Source: Candidatus Zhuqueibacterota bacterium
GTDB taxonomy: Bacteria; Zhuqueibacterota; Zhuqueibacteria; Thermofontimicrobiales; Thermofontimicrobiaceae
Assembly: GCA_049322915.1 (NCBI GenBank)
Contig: JBMOPW010000034.1
Span: forward strand, 648,567 to 712,566
DNA length: 64,000 nt
Reading direction: 5' to 3'
In this document: positions 41,617-50,876 of the stretch, in pieces
Layout of the letters: each line of letters begins with the position of its first letter
How positions within the stretch are numbered: position 1 is the first letter of the stretch
Position numbers and translations under genes: made by a program
Notes under the pieces: generated by a model
The model's database searches: none
Told to the model about the DNA's origin: nothing
What the model saw: only the letters and a program-made list of their open reading frames with translations

Positions 41617-42210
41617 ATGTCGAATACAGATGGAACATCGAGAGGTCTTTTTTGGGGCGTTATTCTCATCGTCATCGGTTTATTATTTTTATTCGATCAA
41701 TGGGATTGGCTGGAAATAGGCGATCTTTGGCCGTTGATCATCATTGCGGTGGGGGTGTATTACATCATTAAAAGTCGAAATGGCATCGACGACACCCGCA
41801 GAGATCCCTCGGGATTCGGAGACCATTCAATCACCTCAGATTCCCAGCAGGTGAATTTTTCCAACAGCATGGGCGATATCAAAGTGAAAGTGACGTCCAA
41901 AAAGTTTCAGGACGGAACGATTCGCACCACATTCGGCACCATCAACGTGGATTTACAGGATATCGATATTGAGAGCGGCGAGTCAATCCTGCGGCTGGAG
42001 ACAACTTTTGGGGAGATCAAAATTCTGCCGCCACGAAACATCGCATTCATGGTCGATGCCTCCAATACCGCCGGCGATATGACAATTTTCAATGAGAAGA
42101 AAAGCGGCTGGCGTCAGGAAACACTCTACAGAACTGACACTTTTGACGCTGCCAAGAAACGATTGAAAATATCTGCCAGCCTTGTTTTCGGGGACATCAA
42201 AGTTGGGTGA
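41617..42210 (+). CDS. LiaF-like cell-envelope stress protein (TM hairpin plus beta-rich C-terminal domain)
   Basis: FWGVILIVIGLLFLF..LWPLIII.VG; repeated FG.I.V motifs; GGGAGG RBS. Confidence 0.75.
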   Translation: MSNTDGTSRGLFWGVILIVIGLLFLFDQWDWLEIGDLWPLIIIAVGVYYIIKSRNGIDDTRRDPSGFGDHSITSDSQQVNFSNSMGDIKVKVTSKKFQDGTIRTTFGTINVDLQDIDIESGESILRLETTFGEIKILPPRNIAFMVDASNTAGDMTIFNEKKSGWRQETLYRTDTFDAAKKRLKISASLVFGDIKVG

Positions 42211-42227
42211 TGCAATATTAGCGCGAC

Positions 42228-42773
42228 TCAAATGAACAATTGAATGTTGCTATGCTGCGCTTCGGCCAGATAAGTCGTTACCCCGCAGAACTTCATGAGT
42301 GGATATGCCATCATTTCATCGCGCTGCAATCCCATGAGCCGCATTGACATTTCGCAGATGTAAATTTGAATGCCGAGGTTGCCGGCCATTTGAAGCATCT
42401 CTTCAATGGAGGCAACCTTCTTTTTTCTCATGAGATGCTTCATCATGCTCGTCCCCAGACCAGCCATGTTGAGCCGCGATAATTTCAGTCTGCTGGTTCC
42501 CTTCGGAAGCAATGCGCCAAAAATTCTGGAGAAGAAATCCTTCCGGCCCGGTTTTTTATCCCTGTCGCGCAGCGCCGATGTGGCCCAAAATGTAAAAAAC
42601 ATGGTGACCTTCATCCCGCTGGCCGCTGCGCCAGTGGCAATGACAAACGCTGCCAGCAGCTTATCCAGTTCCCCGGAAAAGACGATGAGCGACAGTTTAT
42701 TCTCGCGGCCGGCCTCCAGCTTCCCCACCCGTTCCGTTAATAGTTCAAGGCTTTTGTTCCAATCGGTGTCCAT
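42228..42773 (-). CDS. DsrE/DsrF/DrsH-like (DrsE_2) sulfur-relay protein
   Basis: IVFSGELDK..AAFVIATGAAA.G..VTMFFTFW, LSRLNMAGLG, ICEMSM.LMG, ends LFI; start ATG 42773. Confidence 0.88.
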   Translation of the reverse strand: MDTDWNKSLELLTERVGKLEAGRENKLSLIVFSGELDKLLAAFVIATGAAASGMKVTMFFTFWATSALRDRDKKPGRKDFFSRIFGALLPKGTSRLKLSRLNMAGLGTSMMKHLMRKKKVASIEEMLQMAGNLGIQIYICEMSMRLMGLQRDEMMAYPLMKFCGVTTYLAEAQHSNIQLFI

Positions 42774-42851
42774 ATTTTTGCAATGTCCTTTTTTAGTGCG
42801 TTGAATCAACGCCACCCTGCTGTGTTGTGGGCGTTGGTGTCGCTGCAATGA

Positions 42852-42886
42852 GAAAACCCGGAATCAGGGCTCAATTCCGGGTTTTC
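42852..42886. terminator. Hairpin/terminator between the FadL-like and dsrE genes
   Basis: GAAAACCCGGAAT-N9-ATTCCGGGTTTTC. Confidence 0.65.
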
Positions 42887-42932
42887 ATTTTTCTAACAAT
42901 GGAAGCACAATGATTTTGATTTTATCACGTGA

Positions 42933-44240
42933 TTAAAAATTGTATGTCATCCCAAAACTTGCAGCGATGATATTCATGCCATGGGTTCCTGGCATTTCAT
43001 ACGCGCTCTCAAATGGGATTTCTCTGTCTTCGCCCATGAGGTACTCAAAACCCAGATCCAGGCTGATTTTGCCGAGGCAATAGCTTCCGCCGGCCGTGAT
43101 GGCATTGTAGCTGACACTCGGGAAAATGATGTTCAGCGTTTCATCCGGGGCGGGCGCCGGATCATTGTAATACCCGGCTCGAACTGCCAAAACATCCGTC
43201 ACCTTGTATTGAGCGCCAAAGCGAATCTGTGTGGCGTCTTCCCAATTCAGATGCATTTCATTCTGACCGGTCTGGTTGACCTGCGCATCCCACACCGCGT
43301 CTTTGTACGTTGTCACAATCGTCTCTTCGGTTTCAGACCATTTGCTGTACTGGACGTCGGCAGTGAGGGTCAGTTTTTCAGTCGCGCAGAAAGCGATTCC
43401 GCCGCCAATCCACATGGGCCAGGCCAGATCGCGCTCATAATCCGTTTCCTCTGCATTGTACGCTTTGAACGCTGAATTGCTGGCAGTCCCTTCAAACGTC
43501 ACGGTGGTCTTCGTTTTGAAAGACAGGCCGACACTCAGTTTTTCAATCGGTTTCACCAATAAACCCAGGGAGAGACCATACCCCAGGCCGGTGCCGGATT
43601 CTTCGTACTGGGCATCCATCATGCCATCTTCGCCCGGCTGCTGCGTCATCATGTTGTAGGTGTCCATCGGCTGTTTCATATCCATCTGGCCGTAAAACAG
43701 ATTCAGCGCAGCGCCCACAGAAATTTTATCATTGACGAGATAGGCAATTCCTGGTGAGAAATTGAATACACCAATCATGCTCATCCATTCGAATGCCGTG
43801 CCCGATGGTCCGCTGAAAGCCGCAAGGTCTGCGCCATCCCATTCAGCGCCGAGTCCTGCCGGGACGAACGCGCCGATTCCGGCAAATAGCTTTTTACCGC
43901 AGAATAATGGCAGATACCCCATGGCGTTGAGGCTGATGTAATGATTCATCCGGGTCTCGGCATCCACTGAAGCGCCACCCAGGGCTGCCGGGAATGTCAC
44001 CTGATAGGTGCCCTGAGGAATAATATCGGTCGCGAAAATGGAAAATTGCGGGCCTTTGACTCGAGCCAGTCCTGCCGGATTCCAGTAAATTGCGCTGTAA
44101 TCATTTGCGAGACCGATGAACGCGCCGCCCATTCCGAGCGACCGGGTCCCGATGCTGTTCAAACTCAAACCATTTGCAAACACAGAAGTAAACGAGAAGC
44201 AAAGAAGAACTATCATGACTAACGACAAACTTTTTTTCAT
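42933..44240 (-). CDS. FadL/OmpP1/TodX-family outer membrane transport protein
   Basis: Signal peptide; GMGGA...D.SAIYWNPAGL (hatch NPA motif); W.D...RFG.QY, RAGY..D..P.P; C-terminal YNF. Confidence 0.9.
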   Translation of the reverse strand: MKKSLSLVMIVLLCFSFTSVFANGLSLNSIGTRSLGMGGAFIGLANDYSAIYWNPAGLARVKGPQFSIFATDIIPQGTYQVTFPAALGGASVDAETRMNHYISLNAMGYLPLFCGKKLFAGIGAFVPAGLGAEWDGADLAAFSGPSGTAFEWMSMIGVFNFSPGIAYLVNDKISVGAALNLFYGQMDMKQPMDTYNMMTQQPGEDGMMDAQYEESGTGLGYGLSLGLLVKPIEKLSVGLSFKTKTTVTFEGTASNSAFKAYNAEETDYERDLAWPMWIGGGIAFCATEKLTLTADVQYSKWSETEETIVTTYKDAVWDAQVNQTGQNEMHLNWEDATQIRFGAQYKVTDVLAVRAGYYNDPAPAPDETLNIIFPSVSYNAITAGGSYCLGKISLDLGFEYLMGEDREIPFESAYEMPGTHGMNIIAASFGMTYNF

Positions 44241-44423
44241 TCAATCCTCCTGAAGTTAATGGACCTGATTAATAAATTTCAACAAAGCCAAACTGCGAAC
44301 CGCTCACCTCCTTTCGGAATGTGCACTTCGTATTCTGTTGTGATTACCGTAGGCAGGTCTGGTACTCATCCCGATTGGGACAAGCATGACTCCCCCTTCC
44401 ATTTCTTTGAAACTGAATTTGAA

Positions 44424-44606
44424 TAGTGTTTGTCCTAAAATTGCAAATATTGACCTCACCCCAGCCCTCTCCTAAAAGGAAAGGGAGAACAGATGTTCCC
44501 CTTCTTGCCCGTAGGGTAAGAAGGGGTTCAGGGGATGAGGTCTGACGGAATGAAGTTTGAAAATATCAACCCCATAGCTAATTCAGGTGTTTTCGGGCAG
44601 ACACTA
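44424..44606. mobile_element. MITE, copy 2 (about 183 bp)
   Basis: Terminal inverted repeats TAGTGTTTGTCC / GGGCAGACACTA; internal CCTCACCCC...CCCTCTCC...GGGGATGAGG palindromic core; matches 20443-20604. Confidence 0.8.
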
Positions 44607-44717
44607 AATAGACCTCTGATCAGGAATTGCCACGTACTGGCTGCCCACGAACTCCCGATTTTAGTCGGGGCGAAAACAGACTCCATGCCTGGCGATTTGT
44701 CACCACGACCATTTCGG

Positions 44718-45341
44718 CTAACAACCTCCGCCGGTCTTTTTCTTTTTGGTCTTCATCGTCGTAATTGCTTTGGGTTTTGCGCTCGACGCAGCATCGGACT
44801 GAACCTCCAATTGGCCACCGCCCAAATCCGAAGCAATGGCCGCTTTGGTTTGATAGAGCAATATTTCATCATTGGATGCCAGCGCGCCGGGTTTTTCCGG
44901 GTTCAAAATTTCTTTGTTCCAATAATTCAAACCGCCTTCAAGCACAACCACGTCCCTGATTCCGGCGGCATGCAGCACAACCCACGCCTGAGATGCATTG
45001 GAGATGCCGTTGGAATACAAAATGATCAACTTGTTCGGGGAAAGATTTTCGATCGATTCCGGCGTCAGCAATTCCGGCAGCGGCATATTGATGGCCGATT
45101 TGATGTGTCCCTGCTGAAACGCTTCGGAAGAACGCACATCAATCAGAACGAAATCCGTATTGCCTTCCACAATCATTTGGGACACAGCTTCCGGACTGAT
45201 GCGGTCTTCACTGCTCGCGATGGTTTTGGCCAGTTCCTGCGCATTGAGTTTGATCTGTCGATTTTGTACCGGCAAAAAGGCCAGGATGAGTCCCAGCACC
45301 AGAGCGATTAAAATGCCGATTTGTTTGCCTTTCAATGTCAT
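44718..45341 (-). CDS. Membrane-anchored rhodanese-like protein with C-terminal GGGC
   Basis: N-terminal TM helix; LIDVRS..F..GHI.SAINMP, ILYSNG, LEGGLNYW; ends KKKKTGGGC; GAGGTGA RBS. Confidence 0.85.
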   Translation of the reverse strand: MTLKGKQIGILIALVLGLILAFLPVQNRQIKLNAQELAKTIASSEDRISPEAVSQMIVEGNTDFVLIDVRSSEAFQQGHIKSAINMPLPELLTPESIENLSPNKLIILYSNGISNASQAWVVLHAAGIRDVVVLEGGLNYWNKEILNPEKPGALASNDEILLYQTKAAIASDLGGGQLEVQSDAASSAKPKAITTMKTKKKKTGGGC

Positions 45342-45345
45342 AGAA

Positions 45346-45939
45346 TCACCTCGATTTATTAAATTTACCTTCCAGTTTTTCAGCGCCATAAAATCCGGCG
45401 AGCGCCATGAGCACGATGCCAAAGGCGATTATTCCGGGCCGAATGCCCAGCAATTTATCCAGTGTGAACGTATCGCCCAAAAATCCTGCGATGAAGAGCG
45501 GTTCCAGCAGAAAGAACAGTTCGGAGAATGCGAATATCCCGGCGAACACGCCGAGCAAAAACATGATGCCATCGATTTTCATCGTGGCGCAGGCGACCAA
45601 TCCGGTGCCGGGGCAATAACCGCCGATGATGAATCCAAATCCCAGAATCAACCCGCCGATGATTTGCGGCCAGAGATAGGTTGGATTGATGAAGATGAGT
45701 TTCAAGTCCAGCCAGCCAAATGCATTGAAATAGTAAATGCCGATCATGGCGACTACGATCGCGGTGAACATGACTTTGAACACGGTCATGTCGGTGAAAT
45801 AAAATTGCGCCGCCAGTTTGCGCGCGTTTCCAAAGCCGGCCCGTTCCAGTATAAATCCGAAGCCGATGCCAATGAGAAATGCCAGCACAAAGCCGGTCAT
45901 TTCGCTGAAGAAATCCATCTGTGATAATGGTGCAAACAT
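45346..45939 (-). CDS. YeeE/YedE sulfur-compound transporter, subunit 2
   Basis: GFGFILERAG, KVMFTAI, GGLILGFGFIIGGYCPGT. Confidence 0.88.
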   Translation of the reverse strand: MFAPLSQMDFFSEMTGFVLAFLIGIGFGFILERAGFGNARKLAAQFYFTDMTVFKVMFTAIVVAMIGIYYFNAFGWLDLKLIFINPTYLWPQIIGGLILGFGFIIGGYCPGTGLVACATMKIDGIMFLLGVFAGIFAFSELFFLLEPLFIAGFLGDTFTLDKLLGIRPGIIAFGIVLMALAGFYGAEKLEGKFNKSR

Positions 45940-45984
45940 AGGTTCCTCGTTAATTTATATTTGAGTGCTTCAAATTCTGGTGAG

Positions 45985-46497
45985 TTAGATCCATTGTTTT
46001 CTCAAAAAATAAGCCAGCATGTACGCGCCGACGAACACCATCATCATAAACGCCCAGCTACCAACAGCGAGCGTTGCGCCGCCGCTCAGCGCCTGTCCGC
46101 TGGTGCAGCCTCGCGCCAGCGACGCGCCAAACCCCATCAATCCCCCTCCGACAAACGCCAGGGCCAATCGAGTTTTATCGGTGACGTGTGGGCCGCGTTC
46201 GATTTTCCATTTCAAACGTCCGGCCAACGCGCCGGAGATGAGTCCTCCCACCAGCACGCCGAGCACCTCGTACACGAGCCAATCTTTCATGGGGCCGCCG
46301 CTCTCCGAGAAATAAGATCCCATGAAATGATTCTTTTCAGTATGGGCCGGAGCCACCTGATGTTCCACAGCAGCGACCGCGCGTTTGAATGCGCCGGATG
46401 CGCCCAGTCCGCGCCCGGCTATGACATAGGCAGCTAACAGCACCAGTCCCAGCAGAACGCCGGCAATGTAAGGCGACCAATATTTTTGTTGTTCCAT
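45985..46497 (-). CDS. YeeE/YedE sulfur-compound transporter, subunit 1
   Basis: WSPYIAGVLLG, LGASG, GFGASLARGCTSGQALSG. Confidence 0.88.
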   Translation of the reverse strand: MEQQKYWSPYIAGVLLGLVLLAAYVIAGRGLGASGAFKRAVAAVEHQVAPAHTEKNHFMGSYFSESGGPMKDWLVYEVLGVLVGGLISGALAGRLKWKIERGPHVTDKTRLALAFVGGGLMGFGASLARGCTSGQALSGGATLAVGSWAFMMMVFVGAYMLAYFLRKQWI

Positions 46498-46546
46498 TTC
46501 ATTTCCCTCAGTATCAATTTTCTGTCATTCGATTTCTATCAATGAA

Positions 46547-47512
46547 TTAATAAGGAATCCAGGTGGACATCTGTCCGGCCTGGACCATCAAAAATCGCAG
46601 GAGGATTCCACCCAACAGCACGAAGACCGGCGAGAGAAAGCCCGGCATGTGTTTTCCCCTGATCTCGTGCAATTCCAGAAATGCAGGGAGAACCAATCCC
46701 AGCATGACGATGAAAATCCAGAAGAAAGCAGTGAGTGGACCGCCCAGAATAAGTTTGGCCGCTTCCTGCGTAATGGCCGGTCCGGTGACCTGCTCGATGA
46801 TGAGCAGGAGAAGGAACAGCATTTCCGTGAGAATCAAACCCAAATCAATTTTCTGGAATAGCGCTATCTCCTTTTTCTCCCGAGAAAGCAGAATAACCAA
46901 TGCCGCAGCCGTGGATAAACCGGAGACTAAAAACAGGGGGCCCAGTATAGCAGAATTCCAGAACGGCCTCGCGGCGAACGCTCCCAGCAAAATGCCGGTG
47001 TAAACACCCACGAACAGACCAACGAACAGATTGATCCAGGCAATAGGGCGAGTGAATTTGGACAGCCAGTTCAGGATGCTATCTGCGCGGGGAATTCTGG
47101 TCACTATCTGATTGCTGTAAAATTCAGGGAAGCCCTGTCGCAGTTGGGTTAAAATGAACAATAAATTGAACGGATAGAATACGATCAGAATCCAGGCGCC
47201 CCAGGACATGGGCGCGGACGGCCGAAACGTCAGGTACATCTGGTAGACGCGAATTTTATTTTCCAGATCGAGCAGCAGCGCCAACATTCCCGCACTGAGC
47301 AGGATCGGCGCCAACAGTGGCATCCGCGAGGCGGCCAGCGGCATCTCTTTTGATTTATTCAAAAGGACAAGCAGCGCCGAAAGCGCCACAATGCCGGCCA
47401 CCAGTCCTCCTAAAAACAAATACACAGGAATTTCCCAGCCCCAGATATGCAGCGATGGATCAATGAGATGGTTCAATTTTCCACTTGTAATTTCTATTTC
47501 TTCCATTGGCAT
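46547..47512 (-). CDS. psrC: Polysulfide reductase membrane anchor (NrfD/PsrC family)
   Basis: WGWEIPVYLFLGGL, LDL, SAPMSWGAWIL, YTGILL, RPFWNS, FLVSGLSTA, GGILLRF. Confidence 0.88.
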   Translation of the reverse strand: MPMEEIEITSGKLNHLIDPSLHIWGWEIPVYLFLGGLVAGIVALSALLVLLNKSKEMPLAASRMPLLAPILLSAGMLALLLDLENKIRVYQMYLTFRPSAPMSWGAWILIVFYPFNLLFILTQLRQGFPEFYSNQIVTRIPRADSILNWLSKFTRPIAWINLFVGLFVGVYTGILLGAFAARPFWNSAILGPLFLVSGLSTAAALVILLSREKKEIALFQKIDLGLILTEMLFLLLLIIEQVTGPAITQEAAKLILGGPLTAFFWIFIVMLGLVLPAFLELHEIRGKHMPGFLSPVFVLLGGILLRFLMVQAGQMSTWIPY

Positions 47513-47699
47513 TCCTTACAATAATATTGAATTGTGTATTTGATACGATTTAATGCTGTTGAAAAAGTCACTGCGGACGAACCCGGCAGCACTCCGAGAG
47601 AATCTTCGGACTCCCCCATCTGTCTGTTATAACGTAACCTGATAATGCCAGTTAACTCTCAGTTCGACCCGGTGACAATTTTAAAAACAAGTAACCGGA

Positions 47700-48239
47700 T
47701 CAGATCAAATAATAAACCTGGGGACCCGTGCCGGTGGAGGGCTGAATGACTTTCCATTTTCTGGAATTCAGCAGACGACTCACTTCGCTGTTGGGTTGGT
47801 TCAGGTCGCCGAAATACAAACAACGGGTCGGACAGACCGAGACGCACGCAGGCAGCTTGCCTTCTTTCAAGCGATGCTCGCAGAACGTGCATTTATCCAC
47901 CCAGCCTTCCGGATGGACGTAACGCGCATCGTAGGGACAGGCGGCGATGCATGCTTTGCAGCCAATGCATTTGCTGTGTTCCACCAGCGTGATGTTGGAA
48001 TCAGATTCGATGTAACTGGCCCCGGTCGGACAGGCATGCACGCACGGAGGATGCTCGCAGTGATTGCATCGTTCCGAACGTATCTCCAGGCTCAGTTCGG
48101 GAAACTTGCCGTGAGTCTCCTCGACAATCCAATCGCGATGAAATCCATCAGGGGTTTGATTTTCTGTCTTGCAGGCCACAATGCAATCCGTACATCCCAC
48201 GCATTTTTTGGTATCGATCACCATCGCATAACGCGCCAT
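47700..48239 (-). CDS. psrB: 4x[4Fe-4S] electron-transfer subunit (PsrB/NrfC)
   Basis: CVGCTDCIVAC, CNHCEHPPCVHACP, CIGCKACIAACP, KCTFC...PACVSVCP. Confidence 0.92.
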   Translation of the reverse strand: MARYAMVIDTKKCVGCTDCIVACKTENQTPDGFHRDWIVEETHGKFPELSLEIRSERCNHCEHPPCVHACPTGASYIESDSNITLVEHSKCIGCKACIAACPYDARYVHPEGWVDKCTFCEHRLKEGKLPACVSVCPTRCLYFGDLNQPNSEVSRLLNSRKWKVIQPSTGTGPQVYYLI

Positions 48240-50452
48240 TATACTCCCTCCATCTTAAACGTCACAAAATTTCCCCGCATGCCGGTCCCGCCCATGATTG
48301 GATCCATCAATACTTTTGTAATCAGCATATTGTCATCTGCGCCTTTCAGGTAGGATCGCGCCATCTGTTTTTGCGTATGGCCAAATCCATGCACCATGTA
48401 GACGCAGTCATTCCTGATGCGTTGAGTGACTTTCGCCTTGATGCGATTGCTCACCACACCGTCCTGGTTCTCCAGCCGGACATAGGCGCCGGGTTTGATT
48501 CCCCACTCTTTAGCCACCGATTCGCTGATCCACACTTCATTCTCATTTTTCACCTGGGTGAGAATGGGATTGTTGGTGGTTCGGCTGAACGTATGCATGG
48601 GCGCGCGGCCGTAAATCAACCGATAATACCCTTCCGGCGGTTCTTCGTGTTTGGTGTATTTCGGGATGGGATCGAACCCGTATTGTTCGAGTTGAGTTGA
48701 GTATAATTCGATTTTGCCGGATGGCGTGTAAAATTCGTAATCTTCACCATCCAGGCCGTACAGCGGCGAATCCCAGTCAAATCGCTTGAGGCCGATTTTT
48801 TTCATTTCCTCCAACGAAGTCCCCATCTGCTTCAGGCGATAATCGAGGAATTCTTCAATATCCTGCCACGGAAAATATTCGCTGAGATTGAGCTTGTCTG
48901 CCAATTGCTTCACCATCCACCAGGCCGGCCTGGAATCCCAACGCGGCTGGAATACGGGCGCCCTCAGTGCGACTGTGGGAAACCGTTCCTGCAGAATGCG
49001 CAGATCATCGTACCGTTCGAGGTACGTGCATTCCGGAAGCACGACGTCGGCCCAGCCGGTGATCTCCGTCGGCATCACGTCAATGGCCACCAGCAAGTCC
49101 AGCGCCTGAATTGCCTGCATCGTCTTGTTCACGTCCGGGATGGTCAGCGGAATGTTCACGCCGTACACAAACCAGCCCTTGATATTGCACTCGTTCTCCA
49201 CCGAGGGCACTGTGGCGTCGCACAACCCGGATGACAGCACCAGCGACGCCAACGGGTATTTATCCGGATAAACGCTGCGCCAATCGCGCTTGGGCGCCGG
49301 CGGCTTGGGCGCCGGATAATCAACTTCATCCAATTTTGCCGGGAAATAGAATCCGCCTTTTCGGCCCCAGCTTCCCAGCAGCGCATTGATGATAGCACTG
49401 GCGCGCACCCGCTGCGTATCATCGCCGTACCAGGTGACATGCCGTCCCGGATGCACAATGACGCGTGGGGCAGCATGGCCCATTTCCCGCGCCGTCTTGC
49501 GAATGACGTCGGGCCGAATGGTTGTAATCGGGTAGGCCCATTCCGGCGTGTAGGTTTTAACCGTCGCTTTCAACACATCAAAACCATAGGTATATTTTTC
49601 AACATAGGCTTTATCGTATAATTCCTCTTCGATGATCACATTTATCCAGGCCAGCAACAATGCCATGTCCGTCGCCGGCTTGATCGGCAACCAGTATTTG
49701 GATTTGCTGGCCGCGACAGAAAAACGGGGATCCACGGTGATGATGGTTGCGCCGCGTTCGATAGCTTCAGCAAATTCCTGCACCTGACTATTGTGCATAT
49801 TCTCGCCGAGGTGGGAACCGATCAAGACGAGACAATCGGTATTTTTGATGTCGGTATTGGGCGGCGAACCAACCTGTTCGCCAAAGGTCAGCATATAGGC
49901 ATCCTCGCGGGGACCGCGGCATTGGGCATAAGAAGGCGCCGCTACGTTGGTGGAGCCCCAGGCATTGATCAGCTTTTTGAAAAACGTACCGCCCGCTCCG
50001 TGAGTGAACAGCGCCACGCATTCCCGGCCGTGTTCCTTTTCAATCTTGTACAACTTCTCGGCAATATAATCGAACGCCTCGTCCCAGGTCGCTTCCCGGA
50101 ATGTCTGCTTCCCGCGCGCCTCGGTTCGAATCAGGGGCACTTTCAATCGGTCATCATCCATGTACGCGCCCATGCCGCCGCTTCCCCGAGGACAAAGCCG
50201 GCCGCGACACATGGGATCGTCCTCGTGGCCTTCGATCTTCCACGGCTGGTTATCTTTCTTCACAGCCCAGGCAGCACATTTCCAGAAACAAATCTCGCAA
50301 TAGGTTGGGACACGTTCAATGATAGGTCCATTTTGCGAACCAGCGCTGCCGAAAAGGTTGAACGGCTCAAACAGCCGCGCCCCGAACGCTGCTCCGCTTA
50401 ATCCAAGCGAGGAGATTTTAATGAAATCACGTCGATTCACTTTTTTGGGCAT
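48239..50452 (-). CDS. psrA: Mo/W-bis-PGD polysulfide/thiosulfate reductase catalytic subunit (PsrA/PhsA)
   Basis: Tat signal NRRDFIK; FS0 motif CEICFWKC...LCPRG; putative Mo ligand in SYAQCRGPRE; ADVVLPECTYLER; start ATG 50452. Confidence 0.9.
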   Translation of the reverse strand: MPKKVNRRDFIKISSLGLSGAAFGARLFEPFNLFGSAGSQNGPIIERVPTYCEICFWKCAAWAVKKDNQPWKIEGHEDDPMCRGRLCPRGSGGMGAYMDDDRLKVPLIRTEARGKQTFREATWDEAFDYIAEKLYKIEKEHGRECVALFTHGAGGTFFKKLINAWGSTNVAAPSYAQCRGPREDAYMLTFGEQVGSPPNTDIKNTDCLVLIGSHLGENMHNSQVQEFAEAIERGATIITVDPRFSVAASKSKYWLPIKPATDMALLLAWINVIIEEELYDKAYVEKYTYGFDVLKATVKTYTPEWAYPITTIRPDVIRKTAREMGHAAPRVIVHPGRHVTWYGDDTQRVRASAIINALLGSWGRKGGFYFPAKLDEVDYPAPKPPAPKRDWRSVYPDKYPLASLVLSSGLCDATVPSVENECNIKGWFVYGVNIPLTIPDVNKTMQAIQALDLLVAIDVMPTEITGWADVVLPECTYLERYDDLRILQERFPTVALRAPVFQPRWDSRPAWWMVKQLADKLNLSEYFPWQDIEEFLDYRLKQMGTSLEEMKKIGLKRFDWDSPLYGLDGEDYEFYTPSGKIELYSTQLEQYGFDPIPKYTKHEEPPEGYYRLIYGRAPMHTFSRTTNNPILTQVKNENEVWISESVAKEWGIKPGAYVRLENQDGVVSNRIKAKVTQRIRNDCVYMVHGFGHTQKQMARSYLKGADDNMLITKVLMDPIMGGTGMRGNFVTFKMEGV

Positions 50453-50841
50453 GATGTTTCCTATTCGCTTTTTTTGTTCACACCGATCTATGAATTTTTG
50501 CAACGCTTCTGCATCAACGCCTCAATGGCATTAAGAAGAAGAAATATCCGAAATAATCGATTCTGACAACTGAATTTGATTTTATAAATTCGAATATCAC
50601 ATGGTAAGAATGAGTCTACGCTAAAAAGGGGTTAAAGCCCAAAAATCAAAGGTAACTTTCTGTTCCCGACTTAAAAGTCGCGGCTATTCAAAGTATATAA
50701 GTTTACAAATGCTCTCTTCGACTCTCAACATTGCAGCCCGTGAAACGGGTTGCGATCAGACCTCCGGCTATCGGCTACATCCTTATCAGACTTAATAGTT
50801 ATTCGAGGCATTAATTTATTATGCCATTTTTTAATATACTT

Positions 50842-50860
50842 AATAGTTGACATTATCAAC
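50842..50860. promoter_or_regulatory. Putative MarR operator upstream of the psr operon
   Basis: AATAGTTGACATTATCAAC, a near-palindrome; 16/18 identical to 51480-51497. Confidence 0.6.
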
Positions 50861-50876
50861 AATTTATCAAAAAAAA

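Noticed and set aside
42228..50452. Selenocysteine recoding in the sulfur-cluster genes
   Set aside because: The ORFs are complete with Cys at the expected positions; the rhodanese ends at TAG and its loop residue is a Ser codon, not TGA
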